Origin: a candidate division WOR-1 bacterium RIFCSPLOWO2_02_FULL_46_20
GTDB lineage: Bacteria > Margulisbacteria > WOR-1 > O2-12-FULL-45-9
Reading direction: 5' to 3'
DNA: 57,223 nucleotides
NCBI GenBank assembly: GCA_001771365.1
Contig: METP01000048.1
Coordinates: forward strand, 1-57,223
Position 1 is the first letter of the stretch; each line of letters begins with the position of its first letter. Shown here piece after piece: positions 37,621-46,538 of this stretch. The notes beneath the pieces were generated by a model. It did no database searches. It was not told the origin of the DNA and saw only the letters and a list, made by a program, of their open reading frames with translations. A program made the translations under genes and the position numbers.

Positions 37621-38502
37621 CTAAATTGTCAACCATTTTAATATTAGTATTATCGTTGCGACTGAGATTAATGTACTTAAGGCAATGGTTGAGGCGATTA
37701 AATCACTGTCACGATCGTATTCTTCCGAGATGGCTATAGGCATTAGACCGGAGGCTAGCGAAGATAAAAGAATAACCATGTTAGCGGTTACTCCTTGCAG
37801 TCGCAAGAGAAAAACCGCCAGCAACCCTAGGCAGAAACCGAGACCAATGCGCAGGACTGAAGCTAGCAGCGGCAGCTTTAAGGAGTTGATCTTGGTTTTT
37901 GCCAGGCTGCTCCCCAGCATAAATATGGCTAAAGGGATAGTGGTGGCTCCCAGCAGGTAGAGAGGAGCATAGATAAAAGGGGGCAGTTTTAGCCCGGTTA
38001 GAGAGAGTAATATTCCCAGGACAGCCGCATAAATAAATGGTACTTTTAAGAATTGCCAGCGGTCTTTGCCCTGGCTGATAATATAAATTCCAACAGAGAA
38101 GACTAAAATGGCATTGGTCATATTAAATATGATTGCTTTACTTAGTCCTTCTCCGCCAAAGGCAAAGAGGACGAGGGGGTAGCCGATATATCCGGAGTTC
38201 ATAAACATAATTGGCAGATAAATGCCGTTGGGGACCGCTGTTTTTGTAATCTTGAACAAAAGCCAGGCAATCGCGCCCAAGCCTAAGATAATAAGTGCCG
38301 CTGACATGGAGATGGAAAATATTTCCGGAATAGTCATGTGCTGCATAGACAGTTGGGTGATGGCCAGGGCAGGGGATGCGATGTAGATAATGAAATCAGC
38401 CATTGACTTCAGTTCGGTTTTTTTTAGTTTGCCAAAGATAAAGCCAATTAGAGCAATAATGATAATAGGCAGAATAATTTTGGCAATTTGAGAGTAGAGC
38501 AT
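37621..38502 (-). CDS. AEC (auxin efflux carrier)-family transporter
   Basis: IASPAL, NSGYIGYPL, TIPLAIFMLG, ST.IS..T. Confidence 0.85.
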   Translation of the reverse strand: MLYSQIAKIILPIIIIALIGFIFGKLKKTELKSMADFIIYIASPALAITQLSMQHMTIPEIFSISMSAALIILGLGAIAWLLFKITKTAVPNGIYLPIMFMNSGYIGYPLVLFAFGGEGLSKAIIFNMTNAILVFSVGIYIISQGKDRWQFLKVPFIYAAVLGILLSLTGLKLPPFIYAPLYLLGATTIPLAIFMLGSSLAKTKINSLKLPLLASVLRIGLGFCLGLLAVFLLRLQGVTANMVILLSSLASGLMPIAISEEYDRDSDLIASTIALSTLISVATIILILKWLTI

Positions 38503-39464
38503 TATTGTTTTTCCTCAATATATTTTCGGGCCGATTCAGCCGCGATCGCTCCATCGGCCGCGGCTGTGACTATTTGGCGCAAAGATTTAGCGCGTATGTC
38601 TCCCGCGGCGAAAACGCCCTGGGTGGAGGTCTTCATGTCCTCGTCGGTGATAATGAAACCCTGTTTGTCGAGTTTTACCAAACCTTTGACAAGCGTGGAA
38701 TTGGGCTGGCTGCCGATATAGACAAATATGCCGTCAACCGGCACTTTAAACTTTTTATCCGTTAGCAGGTCTTTTACGGTGAGCTCATCAACTTTTTCCT
38801 GGCCGCCTATCTTTTCGGCTATTGAATTCCAGTAGAAATAAATTTTTTCATTCGCCAGGGCTCTTTCTCCCAAAATCTTATCCGCGCGCAGCTTGTCTCT
38901 ACGATGGACAACAGAGACTTTGCTGGCGTAGCGTGTTAAGAAGAGAGCTTCTTCTATCGCCGCATTGCCGCCGCCAATGACCATGACATTTTTGTCTTTA
39001 TAAAAAGGACCGTCACAGGTGGCGCAGTAGGAAACCCCCCGGCCTCTAAATTTGTCTTCCCCGGGAATGCCCAACTTGGTGGATTCGGTTCCTGTGGCTA
39101 TAATAATTGCTTTGGCGCTTAATGTTTTTCCATCCACCTGAACCTGGCGATCTTTTACCCTGGTGCTGTCGCCCCAAAGGATTTCCAGGTTCAGTTTATT
39201 GACTTGCTCTTGCAAGCGCTTACCGAGCTCCAGGCCGGATAAACCTTCTGGAAAGCCGGGATAGTTTTCTATTTGAAAGGTTGTGGAAGCGGCGCCGCCT
39301 AAAATCATTTTTTCAACAAGTAATACCTTTAGTCTTGCCCTCAGCGCGTAAAGGGCTGCTGTTAAGCCTGCTGGACCGCCGCCAATAATAATTAAATCCA
39401 AGGTCGAGTTTTTATCTGTTTTAACTGCTTTGGGTTTTGGTCTGGTTTTTAACTGAGTTGTCAT
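38502..39464 (-). CDS. trxB: Thioredoxin reductase
   Basis: GGGPAGLTAA, IENYPGF, VSYCATCDG, GGGNAA.EEA, HRRD, FAAGD. Confidence 0.95.
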   Translation of the reverse strand: MTTQLKTRPKPKAVKTDKNSTLDLIIIGGGPAGLTAALYALRARLKVLLVEKMILGGAASTTFQIENYPGFPEGLSGLELGKRLQEQVNKLNLEILWGDSTRVKDRQVQVDGKTLSAKAIIIATGTESTKLGIPGEDKFRGRGVSYCATCDGPFYKDKNVMVIGGGNAAIEEALFLTRYASKVSVVHRRDKLRADKILGERALANEKIYFYWNSIAEKIGGQEKVDELTVKDLLTDKKFKVPVDGIFVYIGSQPNSTLVKGLVKLDKQGFIITDEDMKTSTQGVFAAGDIRAKSLRQIVTAAADGAIAAESARKYIEEKQ

Positions 39465-40393
39465 GGGGTAATTAAATCCTCCTCGGTGATAATAACCTTG
39501 CCTCTGCCGCGTACGGATATTTTTTGCTCTTTCAAAGAAACTATGACCTCATCTCCCTTGAGTTTATTCTCTCCTTGTTCGGCCCGGGCTTTTCCGGCCA
39601 AAATGATTGAGCCATCCTCTGGTTTGTATAAAGCGGTATTGCCCCAAGCCTGGATGTCTTTGTAATCAATGCCGACATCGCCGGCCAATTCAATGACATT
39701 ATTTTTTTGTTTGTATCGAATTTTGCCGCTATGAATTTTTGCTTCTCTCCAGGTTATCCTGGGGTTGCCTTTGGCTACAATTGAATTATCGGCGCTAATT
39801 ACTTCAAAGACATCTGCTTCTAATGTCAGGGTTGAAAAACCTTTGGGCGCAATAGTAATTTTGGGGTGACCCTGTAAAGTAATCGTTTCCAGGCCTACAT
39901 CGCTTTTTAACTCATCGGCATAACCAATTGCCTCGCCTCTATTTATGATTATCCCTCCTGAGCAGAATAATTTTTGGTCAGCCAATTTCCAGCTCAAGTT
40001 GTCGGCTTTAAATGAATAACCGGATCCCTGACCCAAGGGATTATCGAGCAGGATCTCTTTGGTCTTCATGTCCCATAAGGCAATAGGGGAGATGAAGGCT
40101 AAGACCGCCTTGCCATTCTTGAAAAATGTCCCGTTGACCTCTTTTAAGGTGGCCACTTCACTCGATTTGTTGACCATGGCGCTTTTGGCCTTAAGCTGCC
40201 AGTATTTAACCGCGGCCACAACTTCTTCAAACGTGACATCCTTGAATGATAAATCAGCCCTTTGTTCTTGTTCCTTTAGAGTTTGCTGGATACGGTTGGA
40301 AATCGTTTCTTTGGGGGCAAAAAGCGCCCACAGGAAAATACCGACTACAAATATAAGGGCAATAACCAGAATAACTTTATAAGTAGTTTTCAT
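39461..40393 (-). CDS. LptC/LptA(OstA)-like LPS transport protein, long multi-jellyroll form
   Basis: N-terminal TM anchor, W.LKAKSA, C-terminal ILAGKARAEQGENKLKGDEV (OstA-like); in an operon with heptose genes. Confidence 0.65.
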   Translation of the reverse strand: MKTTYKVILVIALIFVVGIFLWALFAPKETISNRIQQTLKEQEQRADLSFKDVTFEEVVAAVKYWQLKAKSAMVNKSSEVATLKEVNGTFFKNGKAVLAFISPIALWDMKTKEILLDNPLGQGSGYSFKADNLSWKLADQKLFCSGGIIINRGEAIGYADELKSDVGLETITLQGHPKITIAPKGFSTLTLEADVFEVISADNSIVAKGNPRITWREAKIHSGKIRYKQKNNVIELAGDVGIDYKDIQAWGNTALYKPEDGSIILAGKARAEQGENKLKGDEVIVSLKEQKISVRGRGKVIITEEDLITP

Positions 40394-41011
40394 TTAGAAC
40401 CCCAAACTTTTGAGTCTTACGGCTTCCAGTCTTTCTTTCCAGCCGCCCCAACTATCTCCTTTTTTAATATAGCCTTCACCCAAAAGGAGATGCAGCGCCG
40501 CTACGTTGCTGTCGATTGTTAAACCGGCCCGGGTTTTAGCTATGGCTTTGTCAACTTCACCCATTTCGCCATAGATAAGAGCAATATATCCATAAGCCCA
40601 AACATTATAAGGATCAAGTTTCAAGACATTTTCAAATTCTTTAATGGCCAGTGTTTTCATATCATTGAAATAATAGGCAAAAGCCAATCTGAAGCGCAAT
40701 CTCCAGTCGGCCGGTTTGGCTGTAACTTCCTCGACATACGTAGCGATGGCTTGATTTTTAAACTTTGGGTTGAGTTCCGGTATTCTTGAAATAGTTTTCA
40801 TGCCGTCAATAAGGTGATTGGTGTAAGCGTAAGTAACCGCCAAATCAAATTGGGTTACCGCGTCATTGGGGTTTGCCTTTACAGCGGCTTCTTTGACGGC
40901 CAGTTCTTGTTTGAGTTCCTTGGTGATACGCCAGGCATAAGCCGGGAAAAACCAATTAACAATTAACGATGACGCAATTAACAGTATTGTAAAATATATA
41001 TATATTTTCAT
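40394..41011 (-). CDS. Tetratricopeptide-repeat protein
   Basis: Signal/TM segment and repeated A...F..VL.LDP.N..A TPR patterns. Confidence 0.75.
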   Translation of the reverse strand: MKIYIYFTILLIASSLIVNWFFPAYAWRITKELKQELAVKEAAVKANPNDAVTQFDLAVTYAYTNHLIDGMKTISRIPELNPKFKNQAIATYVEEVTAKPADWRLRFRLAFAYYFNDMKTLAIKEFENVLKLDPYNVWAYGYIALIYGEMGEVDKAIAKTRAGLTIDSNVAALHLLLGEGYIKKGDSWGGWKERLEAVRLKSLGF

Positions 41012-42459
41012 TTTTTGTTTAGTATTCTTTCCACAATGTTTGTCGTAGATTTACCTTTAATGGGGGTGATGACCACAACTTTGCCCCCCAACGATTCGAC
41101 CAGTTTTTTTTCCGGTAGTCGATCAATTTTATAATCCCCGCCTTTAACGTGAATATCCGGCTTGACCAATTTAATTAAATTATCCGGCCTTTGTTCTGAA
41201 AAGATAGTGACATAGTCTACGCATTCAAGCGAAGCCAATATCTCTGCCCGTTCCATTTCCGATATATAGGGACGATCTTTACCTTTTAATTTGCGCACAG
41301 AATCGTCGCTGTTTAAACCAATAATCAGGATATCTCCCATTTTTTTTGCTTCGCGCAGATATCTCACATGTCCCAAGTGAAGCAAATCGAAACAGCCGTT
41401 GGTAAAAATAATCTTGGCTCCTTCGATTTTTAGCCTTTTGACAATGGCCGAGATTTCAAGGTGCAATTTTATTTTTCGGGTAATCGGTTCATGCCCTTCC
41501 AGCGCTTGTTCCAGTTCCTCGCGGAAGCAGGGGGCGGTACCGATTTTTTCCACCACAACCGAGGCGGCGGTGTTGGCTAACATGGCAGCATTAATAATGC
41601 CGGCTCCGGCACACATAGCCAGAGCCAGGGTCGCTATTACTGTATCTCCGGCTCCGGTAATGTCATAAACTTCTCGAGGAATTGCCGGAAGATATGTTAC
41701 ATTGTTCCTGGAAAATAGAGACATGCCGTCTCTCCCTCTGGTAATCAAGACATAATCTGCCCTGGCTAATTGGCGCAGAATTTTGCCGGTTTCAATTAAA
41801 CTCTTTTCGTTAATAACTATCCGGCGTGTGGCAATCGCGGCTTCACGCAGATTTGGCGTGATGATTGTGGCCCCGCTGTATTTTGAATAATTAACCCCTT
41901 TGGGATCAACCGCAACCGGTTTTTTATATTTACGAGCCAGACCAATAGCCAATTGGGCTGTTTTTTCGGTGATTGCTCCTTTACCATAGTCTGAAATAAT
42001 AATAGCATCAACCTTGGGGATTAGGTTCTGGAGGCGCCTGGCAATAGTGTTTATTGAGTCGGGGGAGAGTACGGTTCGATCTTCACGATCAATCCTCAGT
42101 AAATGTTGAGAGCCGGCGATGATTCTTGATTTTAATATAGTGGGGCGTTTTGTATCCACAATGATATGTTTTGTAGAAATCCTGGAAACAGCCAGTGCTT
42201 TGCGCAATTTATTGCCGGAGCTATCCCGTCCAATTATGCCTATCAGAAAGGGGCTGCCGCCAAGAGCGGCTACATTAGCGGCGACATTGCCGCAACCGCC
42301 GGGAACATGGTTTATATTGGAGACATCTGCGATAGGGACCGGGGCTTCAGGGGAGATGCGGCTGACCTTGCTCCAAACGTGTTCATCCAGCATCAGATCA
42401 CCAAAAACCAGAATCTTTTTACCCTTCAGACGAGGGATGAGCCGTTTCAGGTTATCCAT
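41008..42459 (-). CDS. hldE: Bifunctional heptose-7-phosphate kinase / heptose-1-phosphate adenylyltransferase
   Basis: GDLMLD, RISPEAPVP, DITGAGDT, FTNGCFDLLHLGH, KGGDY; start ATG 42459. Confidence 0.93.
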   Translation of the reverse strand: MDNLKRLIPRLKGKKILVFGDLMLDEHVWSKVSRISPEAPVPIADVSNINHVPGGCGNVAANVAALGGSPFLIGIIGRDSSGNKLRKALAVSRISTKHIIVDTKRPTILKSRIIAGSQHLLRIDREDRTVLSPDSINTIARRLQNLIPKVDAIIISDYGKGAITEKTAQLAIGLARKYKKPVAVDPKGVNYSKYSGATIITPNLREAAIATRRIVINEKSLIETGKILRQLARADYVLITRGRDGMSLFSRNNVTYLPAIPREVYDITGAGDTVIATLALAMCAGAGIINAAMLANTAASVVVEKIGTAPCFREELEQALEGHEPITRKIKLHLEISAIVKRLKIEGAKIIFTNGCFDLLHLGHVRYLREAKKMGDILIIGLNSDDSVRKLKGKDRPYISEMERAEILASLECVDYVTIFSEQRPDNLIKLVKPDIHVKGGDYKIDRLPEKKLVESLGGKVVVITPIKGKSTTNIVERILNKK

Positions 42460-42466
42460 ACGTGAA

Positions 42467-43027
42467 TTATAGCTTATTATTGAAGAGCCAAGCAACTGCT
42501 TGCTTGAGATTTTCTGCGATATAGTCCGGTTTTTTTCTGAGCCGGTCTTTTTCCTTTTTTCCTTTGCCGGTCATGACAAAAACAGTCTTTGTTCCGGCTC
42601 TTTGACCGGCTTCTACATCGGTTGCTTTGTCGCCAATCATCCAGGACCGGGCTAGATCAATGTTTAGATCTTTCTCGGCCTTTTTAAATAAGCCAGGCTT
42701 TGGTTTTCTGCACTGACAATCTTGTTTATAAGGGTATAGCCCATGTTCTGGGTGATGAGGGCAATAATAAAGACCATCCAGGTAAGCGCCGCCGCTTAAA
42801 ATAAATTTTTGCAGAGTTTTATCAATGGTTTGCAGCATATCTTCGGAGATAAGACCTTTGGCAACGCCGGCTTGATTAGTAATAACCACAACTTTATAGC
42901 CAGCTTCATTCAGTTTCTTAATTGCTTCAATTGAGCCGGGGATAAATTGGAGTTGCTGTGGAGAATTCAGGTAACCAACATCTTCCACAATAGTGCCATC
43001 ACGATCAAGAAAGACTGCTTTATGCAT
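42467..43027 (-). CDS. gmhB: D,D-heptose 1,7-bisphosphate phosphatase
   Basis: FLDRDGT, TNQAG, YCPHHP, CQCRKPKPG, MIGD. Confidence 0.93.
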   Translation of the reverse strand: MHKAVFLDRDGTIVEDVGYLNSPQQLQFIPGSIEAIKKLNEAGYKVVVITNQAGVAKGLISEDMLQTIDKTLQKFILSGGAYLDGLYYCPHHPEHGLYPYKQDCQCRKPKPGLFKKAEKDLNIDLARSWMIGDKATDVEAGQRAGTKTVFVMTGKGKKEKDRLRKKPDYIAENLKQAVAWLFNNKL

Positions 43028-43595
43028 TAAGAAAGAGTGCCTCTTCTATTAACCCGCAGATAATATGGCCAATGGTAATGTGGCTTTCCTGTATCCGTGG
43101 AGTTGCTTTGCCGGGAACGATAATGGCCAGGTCCGCAGCTTTAGCATTTGGCCCGCCGTCATAGCCAAGCAATCCGATTGTTTTACAGCCAATTTCTTTA
43201 GCTTTGTTAAAACCTAGAGTAATATTTTTTGAATTACCAGAGGTTGAGATGCCAATGACAATATCTCCAGCCATGGCTAGCCCTTCAATTTGTCTGGCAA
43301 AAATGGTCTCATAACCAAAATCATTGGCTAAACAAGTTAAAATTGATGAGTTGGTTGTTAGGGCGATGGCCGGGAGAGCTTTCCTGTTCTTAAGAAAGCG
43401 ACCAATTAATTCTGCCGCCAGGTGTTGTGCGTCTGCCGCTGATCCACCATTGCCGCAAAAAATGATTTTATGGCCGGATTTTAGCGCTTCAATGCATAAT
43501 TGGGCCGCAGTTTCGATTTCCGGCAGGCACTTTTCAATAATCGCACTTTTTACCGCAATGCTCTCTTTGAGTTCTGCTTTAATTTTATTTCTCAT
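43020..43595 (-). CDS. gmhA: Phosphoheptose isomerase
   Basis: CGNGGSAADAQH, NDFG, ISTSGNS, RIQESH; start 43595 or 43610. Confidence 0.93.
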   Translation of the reverse strand: MRNKIKAELKESIAVKSAIIEKCLPEIETAAQLCIEALKSGHKIIFCGNGGSAADAQHLAAELIGRFLKNRKALPAIALTTNSSILTCLANDFGYETIFARQIEGLAMAGDIVIGISTSGNSKNITLGFNKAKEIGCKTIGLLGYDGGPNAKAADLAIIVPGKATPRIQESHITIGHIICGLIEEALFLNA

Positions 43596-43608
43596 GATTA
43601 CATTTATC

Positions 43609-43631
43609 ATTATATCATATTGTGATATAAT
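43609..43631. promoter_or_regulatory. Symmetric bidirectional extended -10 promoter (gmhA / asd)
   Basis: ATTATATCA-tattg-TGATATAAT gives TGaTATAAT on both strands. Confidence 0.6.
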
Positions 43632-43668
43632 TTTGCATGGAAACCAGATTTAGGAGGCCAGGGAAGCC

Positions 43669-44682
43669 ATGTCAAAAAAATATAATGTTTGTGTATTAGG
43701 TGCGACCGGGATGGTCGGCAAAGAAATGATAAAGGTGCTGGAGGAAAGGAATTTTCCGGTCAACAAATTCCTCCCTTTAGCTTCGGAGCGCACCGCCGGC
43801 TCCAAGGTTAAATTTCAAGGCAAAGAATATACTGTGGGGGAAGCAACTCCTGAATCTTTTGAGGGGATGGAGATAGGTCTGTTCTCCGCCGGAGCCAAAA
43901 TATCAAAAATTTTCGCGCCCGAGGCTGCCAAAAGAAATTGCGTGGTTATTGACAACACCAGCCATTTTCGCATGGATCCGGAAGTACCGTTGGTGGTGCC
44001 GGAAGTTAATCCTCAAGCGATCAAAAGACATAAAGGGATTATTGCTAATCCCAATTGCTCGACCGCACAAATGGTGCTGCCGTTGAAACCAATTTATGAC
44101 GCGGTTGGGATTGAAAGAATTGTGGTTTCTACCTACCAGTCAACGTCAGGGTGGGGTAAAGAAGCGGTGGCCGAGATGTTTGAGCAGGCCAAAGCCTTGA
44201 TTGCGGATCCATACGCCAAAATTACCGCTAAATATATCTTCAAACAAATAGCCTTTAACCTGGTGCCGCAGATTGATGCTTTTACCGACAATGGTTATAC
44301 CAAAGAAGAAATAAAAATGGTGAATGAAACCAGGAAAATTTTTGAGGATGAGAACATCCAAATTTCCGCGACTTGCGTCAGGGTTCCTGTGGCTATCGGC
44401 CATTCGGAATCAGTTAATATCAAGACCAAAAAGAAAATCTCTGTGGCAGAAGTTAGAAAATTAATTGCCGGATTCCCGACCTGTGTAGTTCTTGACGATC
44501 CCGCCAAAGGAGAATATCCCACTCCCGTAGAGTGTGCCGGAAAAAATGAGACTTTTGTCGGCAGGATCCGCGAAGATATTTCACAGGCAAACGGCCTTGA
44601 CATGTGGATTGTATCTGATAACCTGCGCCGCGGCGCCGCGCTTAACGCGGTTTTAATCGCGGAAAAAGTAATCGGCATCTAG
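43669..44682 (+). CDS. asd: Aspartate-semialdehyde dehydrogenase
   Basis: GATGMVG, ANPNCST, TCVRVPV..GHSE, DNLRRGAA.NAV. Confidence 0.95.
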   Translation: MSKKYNVCVLGATGMVGKEMIKVLEERNFPVNKFLPLASERTAGSKVKFQGKEYTVGEATPESFEGMEIGLFSAGAKISKIFAPEAAKRNCVVIDNTSHFRMDPEVPLVVPEVNPQAIKRHKGIIANPNCSTAQMVLPLKPIYDAVGIERIVVSTYQSTSGWGKEAVAEMFEQAKALIADPYAKITAKYIFKQIAFNLVPQIDAFTDNGYTKEEIKMVNETRKIFEDENIQISATCVRVPVAIGHSESVNIKTKKKISVAEVRKLIAGFPTCVVLDDPAKGEYPTPVECAGKNETFVGRIREDISQANGLDMWIVSDNLRRGAALNAVLIAEKVIGI

Positions 44683-45305
44683 TTGTAATCTACAGGCAGT
44701 TCCAGTTTTTTCTTGAGTGAAAGATTATAAAAATCTATCTTTTCCTGAGCGTAGTCCGGTTGTATGTAGTGATCAGGGGAGCGGTTAAAGGCGTTAACAA
44801 AAAAGCCCAGGATCATCCCGAGCGCTCCGGCGGTGGTAACAGTTTGCCCCGCGGAGGTAGCCGCGCCGCCCAGCATAACCAGGAATCCGGTGCCGATGAT
44901 GAGATTGCCGGCATTTCTTGTGCCGGCTTTTTGAAATTCCAAATCACGAATCCGCACTAATTCATCCTTATCACCGATTAATTCGAGGAATTCCAGGTCA
45001 GAGAGCTTGCGCACGCCGCCCTTAAAAATATACCATTCTGTAATTTCTTTAACTTCTGATTGCGATAGAGAAGAGGTCGAAATATCCGTATTGCTGGTAC
45101 TGTAGGCTTCATAAGAGTAGGTGGTAGTGTCGATATCTGTGTGACCATAGTTCTTTCTCTCATCGATCAATCGTTTATTGATCACTAATTGCAGTTTGCT
45201 GTTTTTATAGGTGAGTTGATTTACGTATTCTTGCTCGGTTGGTGTTTCAGCCAATAACGGGGTTGCGGCTAAGATACAGATCAGGCCAACTGTTGTAAGT
45301 CTCAT
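44679..45305 (-). CDS. Hypothetical secreted/membrane protein
   Basis: Start ATG 45305 (MRLTTVGLICILAATPLLA signal peptide); Gly-rich hydrophobic hairpin near the C-terminus. Confidence 0.55.
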   Translation of the reverse strand: MRLTTVGLICILAATPLLAETPTEQEYVNQLTYKNSKLQLVINKRLIDERKNYGHTDIDTTTYSYEAYSTSNTDISTSSLSQSEVKEITEWYIFKGGVRKLSDLEFLELIGDKDELVRIRDLEFQKAGTRNAGNLIIGTGFLVMLGGAATSAGQTVTTAGALGMILGFFVNAFNRSPDHYIQPDYAQEKIDFYNLSLKKKLELPVDYN

Positions 45306-45345
45306 TAAAGCAATTATAGCACAAGCCCGAGCCTTGCCCCAGTTG

Positions 45346-45828
45346 CTAAAGTTGTTTTCCTTGCGGAGACGTTGGCGGGCTGATGATAGGCGTAAAGGCG
45401 GGAGGCTGGGTCTGCTTCGATATTTCAAGGTGATCACCACAGCCTTTAACCAGGAGCTGTTGTGCGGACGAAAAGCCAACGGCGGCAATTACTTCTTGTG
45501 GGATGACTACCCTGCCATTCGTATCAAATTCAAGTTCAAAAGTGGACGAGTAAAATGTTTTAATTTCATTAAAATTGCCGATGGTTTGTCGCAAAGCTTC
45601 CCACGCGGTTTGCGGGTAAAGATAGATCATCTTCGGATCTTTTGATTGTTCCCGTTGGATGATTACCAGCCGGAAGTTTGCCCCAAGCTGTTGGCGCCAT
45701 TTGCTTGGGATAACTACTCTCCATTTTGAATCAAGAGTGCGTGGGTGATAGCCAAAGAAGACCTCCGGCCCGTAAAATCGGGTTGCTTCAGTCGGTCTCG
45801 CTATTCTTGCTGATGTTAGGATTCTCAT
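45346..45828 (-). CDS. mraZ: MraZ-like AbrB-fold regulator (orphan)
   Basis: FFG....TLDSKWRVVIP..WR and DTNGRVVIP repeats, G.GDHLEI. Confidence 0.65.
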   Translation of the reverse strand: MRILTSARIARPTEATRFYGPEVFFGYHPRTLDSKWRVVIPSKWRQQLGANFRLVIIQREQSKDPKMIYLYPQTAWEALRQTIGNFNEIKTFYSSTFELEFDTNGRVVIPQEVIAAVGFSSAQQLLVKGCGDHLEISKQTQPPAFTPIISPPTSPQGKQL

Positions 45829-45890
45829 GCTTTATTATCTTCATATCCAATAGAAAATTTCATTTTTTAGTGATATAATTTTACAAAATT

Positions 45891-46538
45891 GTGGCTGGAA
45901 AACAAAAACAAATAGAGTATTTTGAAAATCTGCTGGCAAAACACGGGGAGAATTATCTGGCCCTTGACTGGAACAACACTGAGGGGCAGAAATTAAGATT
46001 TCAAATTCTGGCCGAAATTCTTGTTTTTGGCAAAAAATCGGTAAAGGTCTCTCTTTTGGATGTGGGGTGCGGCTTTGGCGATCTTTACGCTCTTTTTAAA
46101 GAAAAGGGGATGTTGGCCAGCCATCGTATCAATTATACCGGTTTTGATATTTCTCCCGGGATATTGGAGGTTGCCAAAAAGAAGCATCCGGAAGCCAAAT
46201 TTGAGCTGAAGGATATCCTGGAAGAACCAAAATGCCCAAAGTTTGATTATATTTTCTGTTCCGGGGTCTTTAATATCAGGACGGCTGACAAGGAAACACA
46301 TCTGGCGTTTGTAAAGTCGATGCTGGTCAGAATGTTCGAGCTGGCTCATTGCGGTGTGGCAGTGAATTTTTTGAGTGAAGGGATTTTACCCATTTGTAAC
46401 CGGGAAGATTTAAACTCAGGGAGATATTTTATCTTTAACCCGACCGAGATCCTTGATTTTTGCCGTTCTATTTGCGGTCGATATATGTTAAGGCATGATT
46501 ATCATCTCGGCGATTTTAGTGTATACTTATTAAAATGA
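45891..46538 (+). CDS. Class I SAM-dependent methyltransferase
   Basis: LLDVGCGFG, YTGFDIS, FDYIFCSGVFN. Confidence 0.85.
   Translation: MAGKQKQIEYFENLLAKHGENYLALDWNNTEGQKLRFQILAEILVFGKKSVKVSLLDVGCGFGDLYALFKEKGMLASHRINYTGFDISPGILEVAKKKHPEAKFELKDILEEPKCPKFDYIFCSGVFNIRTADKETHLAFVKSMLVRMFELAHCGVAVNFLSEGILPICNREDLNSGRYFIFNPTEILDFCRSICGRYMLRHDYHLGDFSVYLLK

Noticed and set aside
45306-45488. N-terminal 61 aa of ORF 44679-45488
   Set aside because: Overlaps the MraZ-like gene; the signal peptide and -10 box support ATG 45305
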